From Promethearchaeota archaeon (GTDB taxonomy: Archaea > Asgardarchaeota > Lokiarchaeia > Sigyniarchaeales > SOKP01): a DNA stretch of 41,907 nucleotides. Under the pieces are notes generated by a model. The model ran no database searches. It was not told where the DNA came from and saw nothing but the letters and a program-made list of their open reading frames with translations. Where the stretch lies: NCBI GenBank assembly GCA_011364975.1, contig RDOE01000022.1, positions 1-41,907 on the forward strand, given 5' to 3'. The position numbers and the translations under genes were made by a program. Each line of letters opens with the position of its first letter. The stretch's first letter is position 1. Positions 9,185 through 19,413 of this stretch are shown here, piece after piece.

Positions 9185-10075
9185 TTAATTATAATATTCT
9201 TTTACTTGGATTGCTTCTATTTTAGTAGAAGGAATTTCAGTAGAATCTATTTCTTTTTTTGCCTTTTCTATAGATTTTCTCATTAAGGTATTAGATCCAT
9301 AGGTAAATACTACAATTATAGTAACAACAGACAATAAAATTGTATAATAAACAGTTCCAAAACTAGTATTGTTGATGGGAATGATCCAATAAGAGACGTT
9401 AATCGATGTATGAAACAACATGGCTACTAAAACACTTCGATTGGTATTATTATATAACCAAGTAAATAAAATTGAGAGTATTAACACCGAAGGGAAAAAA
9501 CTATAAAATGGTTGTTCGAATTGAATTGTACCTGGAATAAAGAATGAAGGTGCATGCCAGAAAGCCCATAATACTCCGATAATCAGACTTGATGATAAAG
9601 AGTTATATTTTGATTGAAGTCTATCGAGAGCATACCCCCTCCACCCAAACTCCTCTTGTAATGGACCTCCAAGAAAGAATGTGGAAATAATTAAAGGAAT
9701 ATTTTCTTCATTTAAAATATTAGATACTTCCGGGGGAATTAATCCTTCTGTATAAACTGCTATTAAGAGTGAAATAATAATTAATAGTGGGATTAAAAGC
9801 AGAGCGGGGATTAAATATAAGGGTTTTTCTAAATGCCATCCTCTCCGCCATAAGTCAAATACTCCTAGAGAGCGTTCTTCCATATAACTTAATAAAAAAC
9901 CCGCAATTGTTGGACCAAAGGTTCCTATAACTCTTAACCCAGCTATTATATCTGAGAACTCATTTTGTACACCAGAAAATATAAAGCTGGGAGTCCATAA
10001 TAACCAGGAAAATGCAAATGAAAAGATAAAAAATAATTGAAAATTTTTCTTGTTAATTTCTAAAAAATCTGGCAT
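9185..10075 (-). CDS. CPBP/Abi (CAAX protease type II, Rce1-like) intramembrane protease
   Basis: QEEFGWRGY, WAFWH and AMLFHTSIN motifs in a multi-TM protein. Confidence 0.92.
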   Translation of the reverse strand: MPDFLEINKKNFQLFFIFSFAFSWLLWTPSFIFSGVQNEFSDIIAGLRVIGTFGPTIAGFLLSYMEERSLGVFDLWRRGWHLEKPLYLIPALLLIPLLIIISLLIAVYTEGLIPPEVSNILNEENIPLIISTFFLGGPLQEEFGWRGYALDRLQSKYNSLSSSLIIGVLWAFWHAPSFFIPGTIQFEQPFYSFFPSVLILSILFTWLYNNTNRSVLVAMLFHTSINVSYWIIPINNTSFGTVYYTILLSVVTIIVVFTYGSNTLMRKSIEKAKKEIDSTEIPSTKIEAIQVKEYYN

Positions 10076-10272
10076 AATCTTATAAAATCTATTTTTATTT
10101 TAGTTAAATTAGATAATGTAATCCAAAAAAGGTTATCTTCATTTATATTTTGACATTCAAAACTATTAAGTTCAATAATAGAAAAACTTCAATAATTTAA
10201 AATCTAAAGGTTTAAACAATATAATTTAATGAGTGAATTTACTTATTTTATAAAATTCTATTTTAAATCTGA

Positions 10273-11016
10273 TTACATTAATGAGCCTAATCTTTGTACA
10301 TTTCTATTATGCCCTATATAACTTGATACAAATTCATTTTTTGGATTTTTAATTAAGTCTTCAGGGCTGGCAGATTGTTCGATCTTACTAGCACTCATGA
10401 CGGTAATTCTATCACCTATATCAAAAGCTTCAGTAATATCGTGTGTAACATAAATAGTGGTAATTTCTAAAGTTTTTTGCAAACGGCTTATTTCCATTGT
10501 AATCTCTTTTCTAGCAACCCAATCAACGGAACTCAATGGTTCATCTAATAATAAGAGCCGGGGTTCTATTGCCAAAGCTCTTGCTAAAGCTACTCGTTGT
10601 TGTTGACCCCAACTCAATTGATTTGGCATTCTTAATTCTAAATCTTCAAGTTTCAACATTTTTATTATTTTAGATACTTGGAAATTAACCTTATCTTGTG
10701 AAGCCTTACGCATTTTCATTCCAAAACCTATGTTTTCATGCACATTTAAGTGAGGAAATAAGCCAAAATTTTGAGGAACAAATCCAATATTCCTTTTTGA
10801 GATTGAAATATCATTGATTAATTCTTCATTGAAGTAAATCTTACCACTATTAGGTTTTAATGAGCCAAGGATTATTTTTAAAAGGGTTGTTTTACCACAC
10901 CCGCTTGGACCTACTAATATCATTAATTCTCCTTCTTGTATCTCCCAATTAATACGCTTCAATATTTCAATTTCAGCAAAATTTTTTGAAATATCCATTA
11001 ATCTAACAGAAACCAT
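10273..11016 (-). CDS. ABC transporter ATP-binding subunit (ModC/WtpC/CysA-like)
   Basis: Walker A GPSGCGKT, signature LSWGQQQR, Walker B LLLDEP and H-loop VTHD. Confidence 0.92.
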   Translation of the reverse strand: MVSVRLMDISKNFAEIEILKRINWEIQEGELMILVGPSGCGKTTLLKIILGSLKPNSGKIYFNEELINDISISKRNIGFVPQNFGLFPHLNVHENIGFGMKMRKASQDKVNFQVSKIIKMLKLEDLELRMPNQLSWGQQQRVALARALAIEPRLLLLDEPLSSVDWVARKEITMEISRLQKTLEITTIYVTHDITEAFDIGDRITVMSASKIEQSASPEDLIKNPKNEFVSSYIGHNRNVQRLGSLM

Positions 11017-11019
11017 ATT

Positions 11020-11808
11020 TTATTTTTTCCTCTCCAAAAGTAATTTAAATACGATCAAAATAGTAATTGAAATAATTGCAAGAATTAATGCGAGAGTTAA
11101 AGCCGCTGGTAATGAGGTTTGTGCTTCGAATACTATTATCGCAGGCATAGTTTGAGTCACACCGGGAATGATAGCTCCAGCAAATACTATTGTACCTGCA
11201 ATTTCTCCCAAAGCCCGAGCCCAACATCTAGCACTACCTGCTACCATTGCCTTTTTAGACAATGGTAATGTAATTGAGTAAAAAGTTTTATAGTCAGAGG
11301 CACCCAAAGACTTTGCGATAACTTCTAACTCTGATTCGCGAAGTTGTCGAAATTTCATTGTTAATATACCTACTAAAAAGGGAGCGGAGATAAAAGTCTT
11401 AACTAATATCATTGCCCAAAAAGTGTTTATTATATTTAGCCCTAAAGTATTTAATATCATTCCAATTGGGCTTGTTGGTTGGAACATAAGAAGATATGTA
11501 GTACCTACCACCCCGGGTGGAAATGAGTGAGGAATATCAACTATTAATGTTTCTAATATCGTTTTATTTTTAAAATCCTTATTTGCCAATATCCAAGCGG
11601 TAGGGATTCCAAATATTAAGGAAATTATCACAACTATAGTTGATGAACTTATACTTACCCATAGAGCAAGAAGAACTTGATAACTAAACAAATAATCTAA
11701 AATTAATGGGCCATAACTAAATGCTGTAAAGAGATAAAATATTGAAACCAATACATAAATAGTAAAAAAACTAGCTAAAAACATCATAAAACTATTAAAT
11801 TTCTCCAT
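11020..11808 (-). CDS. ABC transporter permease (ModB/WtpB-like, molybdate/tungstate)
   Basis: DIPHSFPPGVVG, EAA-loop EVIAKSLGAS..TFYSITLPL and WARALGE; GAGGAG SD upstream. Confidence 0.85.
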   Translation of the reverse strand: MEKFNSFMMFLASFFTIYVLVSIFYLFTAFSYGPLILDYLFSYQVLLALWVSISSSTIVVIISLIFGIPTAWILANKDFKNKTILETLIVDIPHSFPPGVVGTTYLLMFQPTSPIGMILNTLGLNIINTFWAMILVKTFISAPFLVGILTMKFRQLRESELEVIAKSLGASDYKTFYSITLPLSKKAMVAGSARCWARALGEIAGTIVFAGAIIPGVTQTMPAIIVFEAQTSLPAALTLALILAIISITILIVFKLLLERKK

Positions 11809-11993
11809 CAGATACTCCTCAACTATATTTATTGTTTTTGGTAAATTTAATTTCTTCTCTGGATCATAATTAATTTAAATTTTATAAGTTGATTTTTAAT
11901 AAAATTTTTTATGTGAAGTAGCCTAAGAAAATATTAGATAAAGGAAAATTAATTAAAAATCTCTAAATAAAAATTAATTTTGAGGTTAGAATT

Positions 11994-12884
11994 ATGAAAG
12001 AAATCCAACACGGAGGAATAACATTTTATATTGTGGATGTTTTTGCAGAATTTAAATATGGCGGTAATCAACTCGCTGTTGTTATTAGTAATAATCATCT
12101 TTCAGACAATATGATGCAGAAAATTGCAAGAGAAATGAATTTTTCTGAAACGACTTTTATAACATCTGTAGAAAATTACGATGTGAGAATTTTTACCCCC
12201 AAGATAGAATTACCCTTTGCGGGGCATCCAACTATTGGTACAGCTTTTATTCTACATCAAGAATTCATTAAGGAGAAGGTTAAAACCATTAGTCTAAATT
12301 TAAAGATTGGTCAAATTGCTATCTTATTTAAATATAAAGGAGAAAATTTAAGTGAAATTTGGATGGAACATAAAACTCCCACATTTCATGGTTATTTTGC
12401 TCCTAATTTATTAGCGGATGTTTTAAGCTTAGCAGAAGATCATATAGATGGTAGATTTAAAATTCAAGAGGTCTCTACAGGTGTTCCTACAATTATAGTT
12501 CCTTTAAAGAATTTAGATGCGGTCAAACGTGCTAACATAAATAAAAATAAATATAACGATTTAATCGCAAAGACTAATGCTAAATCAATTTTAATTTTTT
12601 CTCCTGAAACTTATGATAAAAAAAATGATTTAAATGTTCGATTTTTCGCAGATTACTATGGTGTTTCAGAAGATCCCGCAACTGGGTCAGCTAATGGATG
12701 CTTAGCGGCATATCTGGTTAAACATGAATACTTTGGTACAAAAAAAATTGATATTAGGGTTGAACAAGGTTATGAAATTGGAAGAGAATCATTATTACTA
12801 CTAAAAGCAGAAGAGAAAGAAGGTAAATATTTCGTAGCAGTAGGGGGAAAAGCAATATTAGTGGCTAAGGGTAAATTGCTCTAA
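11994..12884 (+). CDS. PhzF-family (DAP-epimerase fold) isomerase
   Basis: VDVFAE..GGNQLAV, EMNFSETTF, ELPFAGHPT and EDPATGSA. Confidence 0.93.
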   Translation: MKEIQHGGITFYIVDVFAEFKYGGNQLAVVISNNHLSDNMMQKIAREMNFSETTFITSVENYDVRIFTPKIELPFAGHPTIGTAFILHQEFIKEKVKTISLNLKIGQIAILFKYKGENLSEIWMEHKTPTFHGYFAPNLLADVLSLAEDHIDGRFKIQEVSTGVPTIIVPLKNLDAVKRANINKNKYNDLIAKTNAKSILIFSPETYDKKNDLNVRFFADYYGVSEDPATGSANGCLAAYLVKHEYFGTKKIDIRVEQGYEIGRESLLLLKAEEKEGKYFVAVGGKAILVAKGKLL

Positions 12885-13194
12885 ATTATTTTTAATTAAC
12901 AATGATCTATTAAAAATTTCATATCGTTATAATCTAACTATCCTGTAAAAGATTTAACGAGTGTATTAGTTCTTTTTTTAAACTAATTAAAAATAAATTT
13001 CATATTGATGGATATTTACCTTTAATTCGAGTAGCGGTAAAAGATAGAAAACAAATATGAAATAAAAAAATTTCTCATGACCGAATTTTTACGGGAATTG
13101 AAATGAAATAAATCTTACATTACTAAATTTATTGCCTGTTAAATTATAAAAACTAAAAAATCTAATCATTATAATAAAAATCTATGCAATTGTT

Positions 13195-13395
13195 ATGATT
13201 ATAAGAGAAGAAAATTATCGTAATAAAAGTTTGAACACATTATTTTATTTTGAATTACTACAAATAATAATTCCACTAAAGGATTTTTTCAGAAGTTTTG
13301 AGCAACCAGATATTTATAATGGAACAGAAAATATACCTTTTGACAAGAGAGAGACAGAATTCAAAAAGATTTTATTATCTGAATTTCTAGAATAA
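13195..13395 (+). CDS. Third DIYxG-family micro-protein (start uncertain, possibly decaying)
   Basis: DIYNGTENIPFDKRETEFKKILLSEFLE aligns without gaps to 8392..8598. Confidence 0.55.
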   Translation: MIIREENYRNKSLNTLFYFELLQIIIPLKDFFRSFEQPDIYNGTENIPFDKRETEFKKILLSEFLE

Positions 13396-13456
13396 AGATA
13401 TTTAAAAAGTATAAGAAAAGTAAATTTGAATTTAAAAAGAATTAAATTTATTTTAT

Positions 13457-13861
13457 TTATTTTCCCAACTCTTGCCGATAGTAAAACCATGAAAATGCAA
13501 TACAAAAAACAAGCATTATGGCTATATTTACCCAAACTATTAAGGGAGGAATAATTGAAGGAAACATCGTAAAAGCAGCCCAAAATTGAGCAACAGTGCC
13601 GATTATTAACCAAGTTATTTCCATTTGAACAGTTATTTTAACTTTTAACCATTCAGTTTCTCTCCAACAAAGAAGGGAAGCCATACCGAACCCAATAAAT
13701 GCTGCTCCTAAAGTACGCCCTGCTATTGGGTCTAAATACGGCCAACCTGTGACATTAACGTAGACTTCAATGAATAGTAGAAAAATTAGACCAAAGATTA
13801 TTGCAACAAAAAAATGCAATAGAAATGCTAGCTTTAAGGGTTTAGAAATCTGTTCTCTCAT
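13457..13861 (-). CDS. 4-TM membrane protein
   Basis: Four hydrophobic helices including WPYLDPIAGRTLGAA; GGAG SD upstream. Confidence 0.75.
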   Translation of the reverse strand: MREQISKPLKLAFLLHFFVAIIFGLIFLLFIEVYVNVTGWPYLDPIAGRTLGAAFIGFGMASLLCWRETEWLKVKITVQMEITWLIIGTVAQFWAAFTMFPSIIPPLIVWVNIAIMLVFCIAFSWFYYRQELGK

Positions 13862-14009
13862 AACTAATCTCCTTATTTTTAATTATTGAATATTTAATTA
13901 GATTTACTTAAAATATGCTATTTGTTGTTATTTATAAATTTTTGTTAATAAGCAATTATTTGATAGAAATAGGATAATTACTTTTTAACCTTAAGATTTT
14001 AGGGGATAT

Positions 14010-14798
14010 TTACTTAAATTTTGAAATAAAGTCTTTGAAAGCCGTAAAATATATGTCATTATTTATAGAAATTGAATTATGCCCTACTCCTTCTATTAAA
14101 ATAAGATTCTTTTCAATAGATTCAGGAAGATTTTTATATAATAATTCTCCTTCGGTATATGGAATTATATAATCCTCTGTTCCATGAATAACCAGAGTGG
14201 GCCTTTTAAAATTGCGCACTCGTATCTCATTAGAATACTTTGCTACGGAATTCGGGGTTAATTGGGAACTTTCCACACGAAATATGGCGGTCATCATATT
14301 ATATAAACTTGCAAATCCACTTTCAATAATAATTCCTTTAACATCTTCTGGATTATTAGCTCCGATTTCTGAAGCGCATACACTACCTAAAGATCTTCCT
14401 TGAATAAAAAAAGATTTTAAAAGGCCATATTCCTCAGCCCAAGTTTTAAAAGCATTATAGATTGGTATTGCATCTGAAATTAAGCATGTATAGTACGGTT
14501 CTCCTGTGCTAAATCCATACCCCCGGTAATCCATTACTGCCAAATTAACATTACATTCAAAAAATGTGGGTGCTGCAAATATATAATCTAACGCAACCTC
14601 ACCATTTCCATGGAAAAATAAAATTGTAGGTAATTCTGTGTTTTTTATATAACATATTCCCCCAATTATGATTTTCTTATCTATAGGAAATCTTAGAATC
14701 TTAGTAAATGGATCTAAATTTGAAGGAACTGGTGTTTTTCTAGGAAAAAATACCTGACGGGATACTACTGGATTATTTATTAATAATTTTTTTTCCAT
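14010..14798 (-). CDS. Alpha/beta hydrolase (ABHD17/BEM46-like)
   Basis: FFHGNGE, DYRGYGFSTG, nucleophile elbow GRSLG, HGTED and GVGHN. Confidence 0.9.
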   Translation of the reverse strand: MEKKLLINNPVVSRQVFFPRKTPVPSNLDPFTKILRFPIDKKIIIGGICYIKNTELPTILFFHGNGEVALDYIFAAPTFFECNVNLAVMDYRGYGFSTGEPYYTCLISDAIPIYNAFKTWAEEYGLLKSFFIQGRSLGSVCASEIGANNPEDVKGIIIESGFASLYNMMTAIFRVESSQLTPNSVAKYSNEIRVRNFKRPTLVIHGTEDYIIPYTEGELLYKNLPESIEKNLILIEGVGHNSISINNDIYFTAFKDFISKFK

Positions 14799-14937
14799 AA
14801 TAATGGTGGTTTAATGTCATTTATTAAATTATTTGCACCAGAAAATTTAGATAATAATGTCAAGATTTTTATATTTTCTAAGAATTATTATTTATTACGG
14901 AGAAATCCAAAAAAAAATAATTAATGATGTGATTTTT

Positions 14938-15246
14938 ATGGGTCTTTATATGATGACAGTATGGTATCCTCCTGATAAAGCGCCTGAAATGGCAAAACTA
15001 TACCTTAAACAACCAAGAAAGCTTCCTTCCATCACAAAATGGAGAGTTTTTAACACTGCTGGAGGATTAAATGGTATGAAGCAATATCATTTAGTTTATA
15101 CAGAAAAAGGTAAAATGGAAGAAGCTAGCGCAGAATTGATTAAATACTTTACGCCATTCATAAATATTGAAGGATTCAGATATGCTGTTGAACCTTTAAT
15201 GGGTGTTTCAGATAGTTATAAGTTACTCGGAATGAAATGGGAATAG
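14938..15246 (+). CDS. Small ferredoxin-like/dimeric alpha-beta barrel hypothetical protein
   Basis: Likely start is MGLYMMTVWYP at 14938 (the ORF track extends to 14857); alternating beta/alpha pattern. Confidence 0.6.
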   Translation: MGLYMMTVWYPPDKAPEMAKLYLKQPRKLPSITKWRVFNTAGGLNGMKQYHLVYTEKGKMEEASAELIKYFTPFINIEGFRYAVEPLMGVSDSYKLLGMKWE

Positions 15247-15457
15247 TTTAAATTTAATTCTTAAATATTATTTTTTCTTTCTTATTAATTTTTTATGAAT
15301 ATGGTATTTGCGAATCAAAATAGTTAATTAAGGTAAATTTATTTATAATTATTATTAGAAATGCATGTTCTATAAGTGAACAACAATAGACAGATTAGTA
15401 AAATTATATAAAGCCGTAAGTCATCCTTCTCTGACATTATTAACACTTTTTGCACCG

Positions 15458-16045
15458 TTGCTAACAGTACTAATAGCAATAATCCTCTATTTATCTGTGG
15501 ATCCTTCATTTAGCTTGATCACTCATTATTTAAGCGACTTAGGGGCGGGCCCTAACGGTTCAAATTTTGTCTTTAATATTGGAATGATTATTACTAGTAT
15601 TATTATGATTGCATTTTATGTTCACTTAAGTTTAATTTTGTATATGAAAAAGGGTTACAAATTTTTAATCATAATATCCTTTTGCTTAGGATTAATCTCT
15701 GCTATAGGGACATTTTTTGTGGGACTCTTTCCTATAAATGTTTCACAAGACATTCATAATTTTTCAGCAAGTTTTTTTTTCCTTGGGGGATTGGGTGCCG
15801 CATTCTTTTATACTATCACAGAATTTACAGCACCAAAATTCTCAAATATACAAGCATTATCTGGCATTGTGATAGTATGTAGTTTTTTACTTTTCATTGT
15901 ATATAATGCGCTTAATTATTTTAACCCAGGGCATTATGATTTAGAATCTCATATTACAGAATGGATTCTATACTTTATACTCATTTTTTGGATTGTTGAA
16001 CATGCAATCATCATATTTAAACTAAAAATACATAAAACTAGTTAA
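15458..16045 (+). CDS. DUF998-like multi-pass membrane protein
   Basis: HYLSDLG, FVGLFP...IH and EW motifs with about 5-6 TM helices. The start is uncertain (frame open from 15380). Confidence 0.75.
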   Translation: MLTVLIAIILYLSVDPSFSLITHYLSDLGAGPNGSNFVFNIGMIITSIIMIAFYVHLSLILYMKKGYKFLIIISFCLGLISAIGTFFVGLFPINVSQDIHNFSASFFFLGGLGAAFFYTITEFTAPKFSNIQALSGIVIVCSFLLFIVYNALNYFNPGHYDLESHITEWILYFILIFWIVEHAIIIFKLKIHKTS

Positions 16046-16057
16046 ACATCTCACATC

Positions 16058-16804
16058 TTATGCTGCTTTACCTTGATCAGCGACTTCTTTCATAGCCTTT
16101 TCTACTTCTTCGGGATCTCCTAAATAATAATGATTTAGGGGCTTGAGATTCTCATCCAGTTCATATATTAATGGAAGTCCTGTAGGAATATTTAAGGATA
16201 CGATTTCTTCTTCAGAGACATTGTCTAAATATTTAACAAGTGCTCTTAAACTATTACCATGGGCAGAAATTAATACTTTTCTTCCTTTCTTCACTGAGGG
16301 CGCGATAGTATCATGCCAATAAGGTAAAAAACGATCTATTGTATCCTTTAAACTTTCAGTTAATGGAATCTCTTCATAGTTTAAATCCTTATATCGAGGA
16401 TCATCCCCAGGGTATCTTGGATCCGTTGTTTTGAGAGCAGGAGGCTTAATATCATAACTTCTTCTCCAGATTAGTACTTGTTCCTCACCCACTTCTGCTG
16501 CCATTTCATCTTTACGAAGTCCTTGAAGAGCACCATAGTGTCTTTCATTTAATCTCCAAGAACGATATACTGGAATCCACATTAAATCCATCTCATCCAA
16601 TACAATCCACAATGTTCTTATCCCTCGTTTTAAAACAGAAGTAAATGCTAGATCAAAAGTAAAACCATTTGCTTTCAAGATTTTACCCGCTTTTTTTGCT
16701 TCATCTATTCCCTTTTCTGAAAGATCAACATCTGTCCAACCAGTAAATATATTTTCTTTATTCCAAATACTTTCTCCATGGCGGAGAAGAACTAGTGTAA
16801 ACAA
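16058..16804 (-). CDS. gpmA: 2,3-bisphosphoglycerate-dependent phosphoglycerate mutase
   Basis: [27 protein letters not shown] and [13 protein letters not shown]. Confidence 0.96.
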   Translation of the reverse strand: MFTLVLLRHGESIWNKENIFTGWTDVDLSEKGIDEAKKAGKILKANGFTFDLAFTSVLKRGIRTLWIVLDEMDLMWIPVYRSWRLNERHYGALQGLRKDEMAAEVGEEQVLIWRRSYDIKPPALKTTDPRYPGDDPRYKDLNYEEIPLTESLKDTIDRFLPYWHDTIAPSVKKGRKVLISAHGNSLRALVKYLDNVSEEEIVSLNIPTGLPLIYELDENLKPLNHYYLGDPEEVEKAMKEVADQGKAA

Positions 16805-16895
16805 TTTATTTCACATCGAAAATACTTTATTTGTATATTTAAGTAATCAATTATTATATAATTTTACCAATAGAAGATACTTTACTTTTTCAAAA

Positions 16896-17579
16896 TTGAT
16901 TAAAGGTAAAATTACGATGAATCATAGGGGTATTTTAAAAGGAGCAGAAAGAAAAGAAATAAATTGGAGAAAAACAAAACTAGGAGAACCATTCCGAGAT
17001 GTATTAAATGAATTTAGAGAAAATGTAATGAATCGAAGTGATTTTGATGCAACCTCGTTACTCCAATTTGGATTATTTATGGCAACTGCAATAATTAATA
17101 TATTAAAAGAAAGTGAAAAAATATTAGGTCAGGAAGGTCAAAAAGTAGTATTCGAAGCTTTAATAAAAACCGGGTATGATATTGGGACACAAATCGTTAA
17201 AAATGTTGAAGTTCCTCACGATATCTCTGATATTGAACTCATGAGCTATTTGGCAACGATCATTAATACACAAGCTTGGACCTCAATTGAAGACCCCAAA
17301 ATTGATAGTGAACATAAATGCTCTTTTGATATAATTTGGTGTCCACTACAAAGAATATATAAAGCATTTGATTGTAGAGTTCAACGATATTTAGTCCAAG
17401 GGATTATAAATGCATTTAAAGATTCAAACCTTCTAAAAAGTGATTATCAAATTGAATTCAAGTCTACTATTCCATCAGGGGCAGACGTTTGTAGTTTTTC
17501 AATTAGAAAAAAGGAAGAGGGAGAACCGGATATATGGGCGGAATATTCAAAAGATTTAGCTGAGAAAGCATTAAAATAA
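16896..17579 (+). CDS. V4R/ATC-hydrolase-like ligand-binding protein (start probably 16917)
   Basis: WCPL...DC... and TIPSGADVCSF Cys pattern. Confidence 0.6.
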   Translation: MIKGKITMNHRGILKGAERKEINWRKTKLGEPFRDVLNEFRENVMNRSDFDATSLLQFGLFMATAIINILKESEKILGQEGQKVVFEALIKTGYDIGTQIVKNVEVPHDISDIELMSYLATIINTQAWTSIEDPKIDSEHKCSFDIIWCPLQRIYKAFDCRVQRYLVQGIINAFKDSNLLKSDYQIEFKSTIPSGADVCSFSIRKKEEGEPDIWAEYSKDLAEKALK

Positions 17580-17740
17580 TAGAAAACTTAAAGAGTTTGA
17601 TGAAATAAGTGGCATTTAAAGGTAATAAGTAATATATCCAAAATAATTTACATATCAGAATTTAAGCTTAAATATTTTAAACTTCTATAATTCATTATCT
17701 AAAGAAATTATAATTAACTTAATCTTCAGTTAAAAAGACC

Positions 17741-18442
17741 ATGAAAAAAGGGAAAATCTCTTTATATTTTTTAATTTTTTCACTTATGTCACTGATAGTC
17801 TTTCCGAATTATTCATTTGCAAGCACAATTTTAGGGGAATCTACTTTTCCAGCAGAAATAGGAAATGAATTTATATGGGAAACTGTAAACGCGACAGAAT
17901 CATGGTATATGGAAGTAGAGTACGTACGTTTCACTGTAGATTCGATTTATAACTCAACATATCTGGATAATAATTATCTATTTATGAATTATACTTTAGA
18001 ATATTATCATCGTTTTTCTTGGGTTCCACAGTATATTAACTCATTCTATATGGCTTACAATAAATCACTTAATTTCTTAAATTGGTCAAGTGAGGGATTT
18101 TATGGCGGAAATTTGTTCATCTTTCCTACTCCGGTTAATTATACTTTAATTCAAGAAGCAATTGAAGTCGAAGGGTATTTTAATACATCAAGAGAGGGTA
18201 ATAAGTTAATTCTTGATTATGGAAATACTACTTTTATAGAACATACTATTGATCCATCTGGAATATCTTCTATAATTGAAAAAATTACAAATGGTACCAC
18301 CATCTTTAAATGGGAATTAAATACCGAAGATGTTATCATAAGAATACCTTTCGGGAATGGTTTTATTGTTTTTTCACTTACATTTATGCTCTTTTTAGTG
18401 ATAATTTATTCGAAGAAATTAAAAAGAATTAAGAATGAATAA
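17741..18442 (+). CDS. Secreted/surface protein with Loki-CTERM-like anchor
   Basis: N-terminal signal peptide, several NxS/T sequons, and a C-terminal IPFG + TM + KKLKR tail. Confidence 0.7.
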   Translation: MKKGKISLYFLIFSLMSLIVFPNYSFASTILGESTFPAEIGNEFIWETVNATESWYMEVEYVRFTVDSIYNSTYLDNNYLFMNYTLEYYHRFSWVPQYINSFYMAYNKSLNFLNWSSEGFYGGNLFIFPTPVNYTLIQEAIEVEGYFNTSREGNKLILDYGNTTFIEHTIDPSGISSIIEKITNGTTIFKWELNTEDVIIRIPFGNGFIVFSLTFMLFLVIIYSKKLKRIKNE

Positions 18443-18513
18443 GAAGAAATTGTTTTATCATAATCTATTCTAAAAATAGATCTCAATAATAAAATTCATC
18501 AAAAAAAGATATT

Positions 18514-19413
18514 TTATCCATTTTTTTCCATTCTACCGCGGTAGATATCAAAGGGAATTCGTTCACCAGTATCAACTATCCGTCTATAAGAACTAGTCTT
18601 ACTCTCTTCTCTAAATTTTTGTACAGGCTGGTATTTCTGAGCAGGTTTACCAATATATATATAATTCGGTTCTAATACTTGTCCGATATGCGTGACGGCC
18701 CAAACTCCAAGAGTTGTGCCCTTACCAATAATAGTTCCAGGAGCTACTATTGAATGACCTCCAAGTACTACATGATCCCCAATAATAACTTTTTTAATTA
18801 AGAGATAATCTTTACTATCGATTTTGATGATTATGCTTGAAAAAACTATGGCTCCTTGCCCAACCATCATATTATTACCAAAATCGATAAATTCAACATC
18901 ACACCACCCATCAAAAAACGTACTTTTAAAGTCAGCTCTTATATCACATGATTTAAACACTAAGTTTGAAGCCCAGGGAAAGCAAAAATTATTCCAAATC
19001 CAAAAAATAAACTTCTTTACTACAATCCGCAAACTATAGTAGTAATAATCCTTATTACCGCTTGTTGCTTCAAATAAACCCTCTCGTGGCTTATGAATCA
19101 TTTTTAGGATAACTAAGGATAATTTTCCAAGTAGAAGACTAATAAGGAGATATGACCCCCACCATGCTAAAACGTCGATAAATACAATAAATATTCTCCA
19201 ATGAAATATAAAGGAATCCATCGCAAATGTAAAAAATGTTAAAATCATGACGCTTGGAACTAAAAAAGATAATATATTCAATATAAAGTATAAAATAGTG
19301 GCAAAAAATGTCCATGAGAATGTGTTAGTTGTGATGGGATATTGACTAATATCAATTTTTCCTAAGATTTTTGAGATATCTTTATTAGATTCACTCTCCA
19401 AAATTTTCACCAC
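18514..19413 (-). CDS. Membrane protein with one left-handed beta-helix (acyltransferase-like) unit
   Basis: TM hairpin, KPREGLF, then hexapeptides FGNNMMVGQGAIV and IGDHVVLGGHSIVAPGTIIGKG, ending YIGKPA. Confidence 0.8.
   Translation of the reverse strand: MVKILESESNKDISKILGKIDISQYPITTNTFSWTFFATILYFILNILSFLVPSVMILTFFTFAMDSFIFHWRIFIVFIDVLAWWGSYLLISLLLGKLSLVILKMIHKPREGLFEATSGNKDYYYYSLRIVVKKFIFWIWNNFCFPWASNLVFKSCDIRADFKSTFFDGWCDVEFIDFGNNMMVGQGAIVFSSIIIKIDSKDYLLIKKVIIGDHVVLGGHSIVAPGTIIGKGTTLGVWAVTHIGQVLEPNYIYIGKPAQKYQPVQKFREESKTSSYRRIVDTGERIPFDIYRGRMEKNG

Noticed and set aside
11994-12884. Phenazine biosynthesis cluster
   Set aside because: It is a lone PhzF-family gene without phzA/B/D/E/G.
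13077-13106. ATGACCGAAT and AATTGAAATGA matching sequences near 8392 and 8188
   Set aside because: These are 10-11-nt AT-rich matches in non-collinear order, likely chance.
15376-15460. Possible frameshifted 5' end of the DUF998-like gene (GTG at 15376 is out of frame with the frame open from 15380)
   Set aside because: It is equally explained by an alternative start codon and cannot be decided from the sequence alone.
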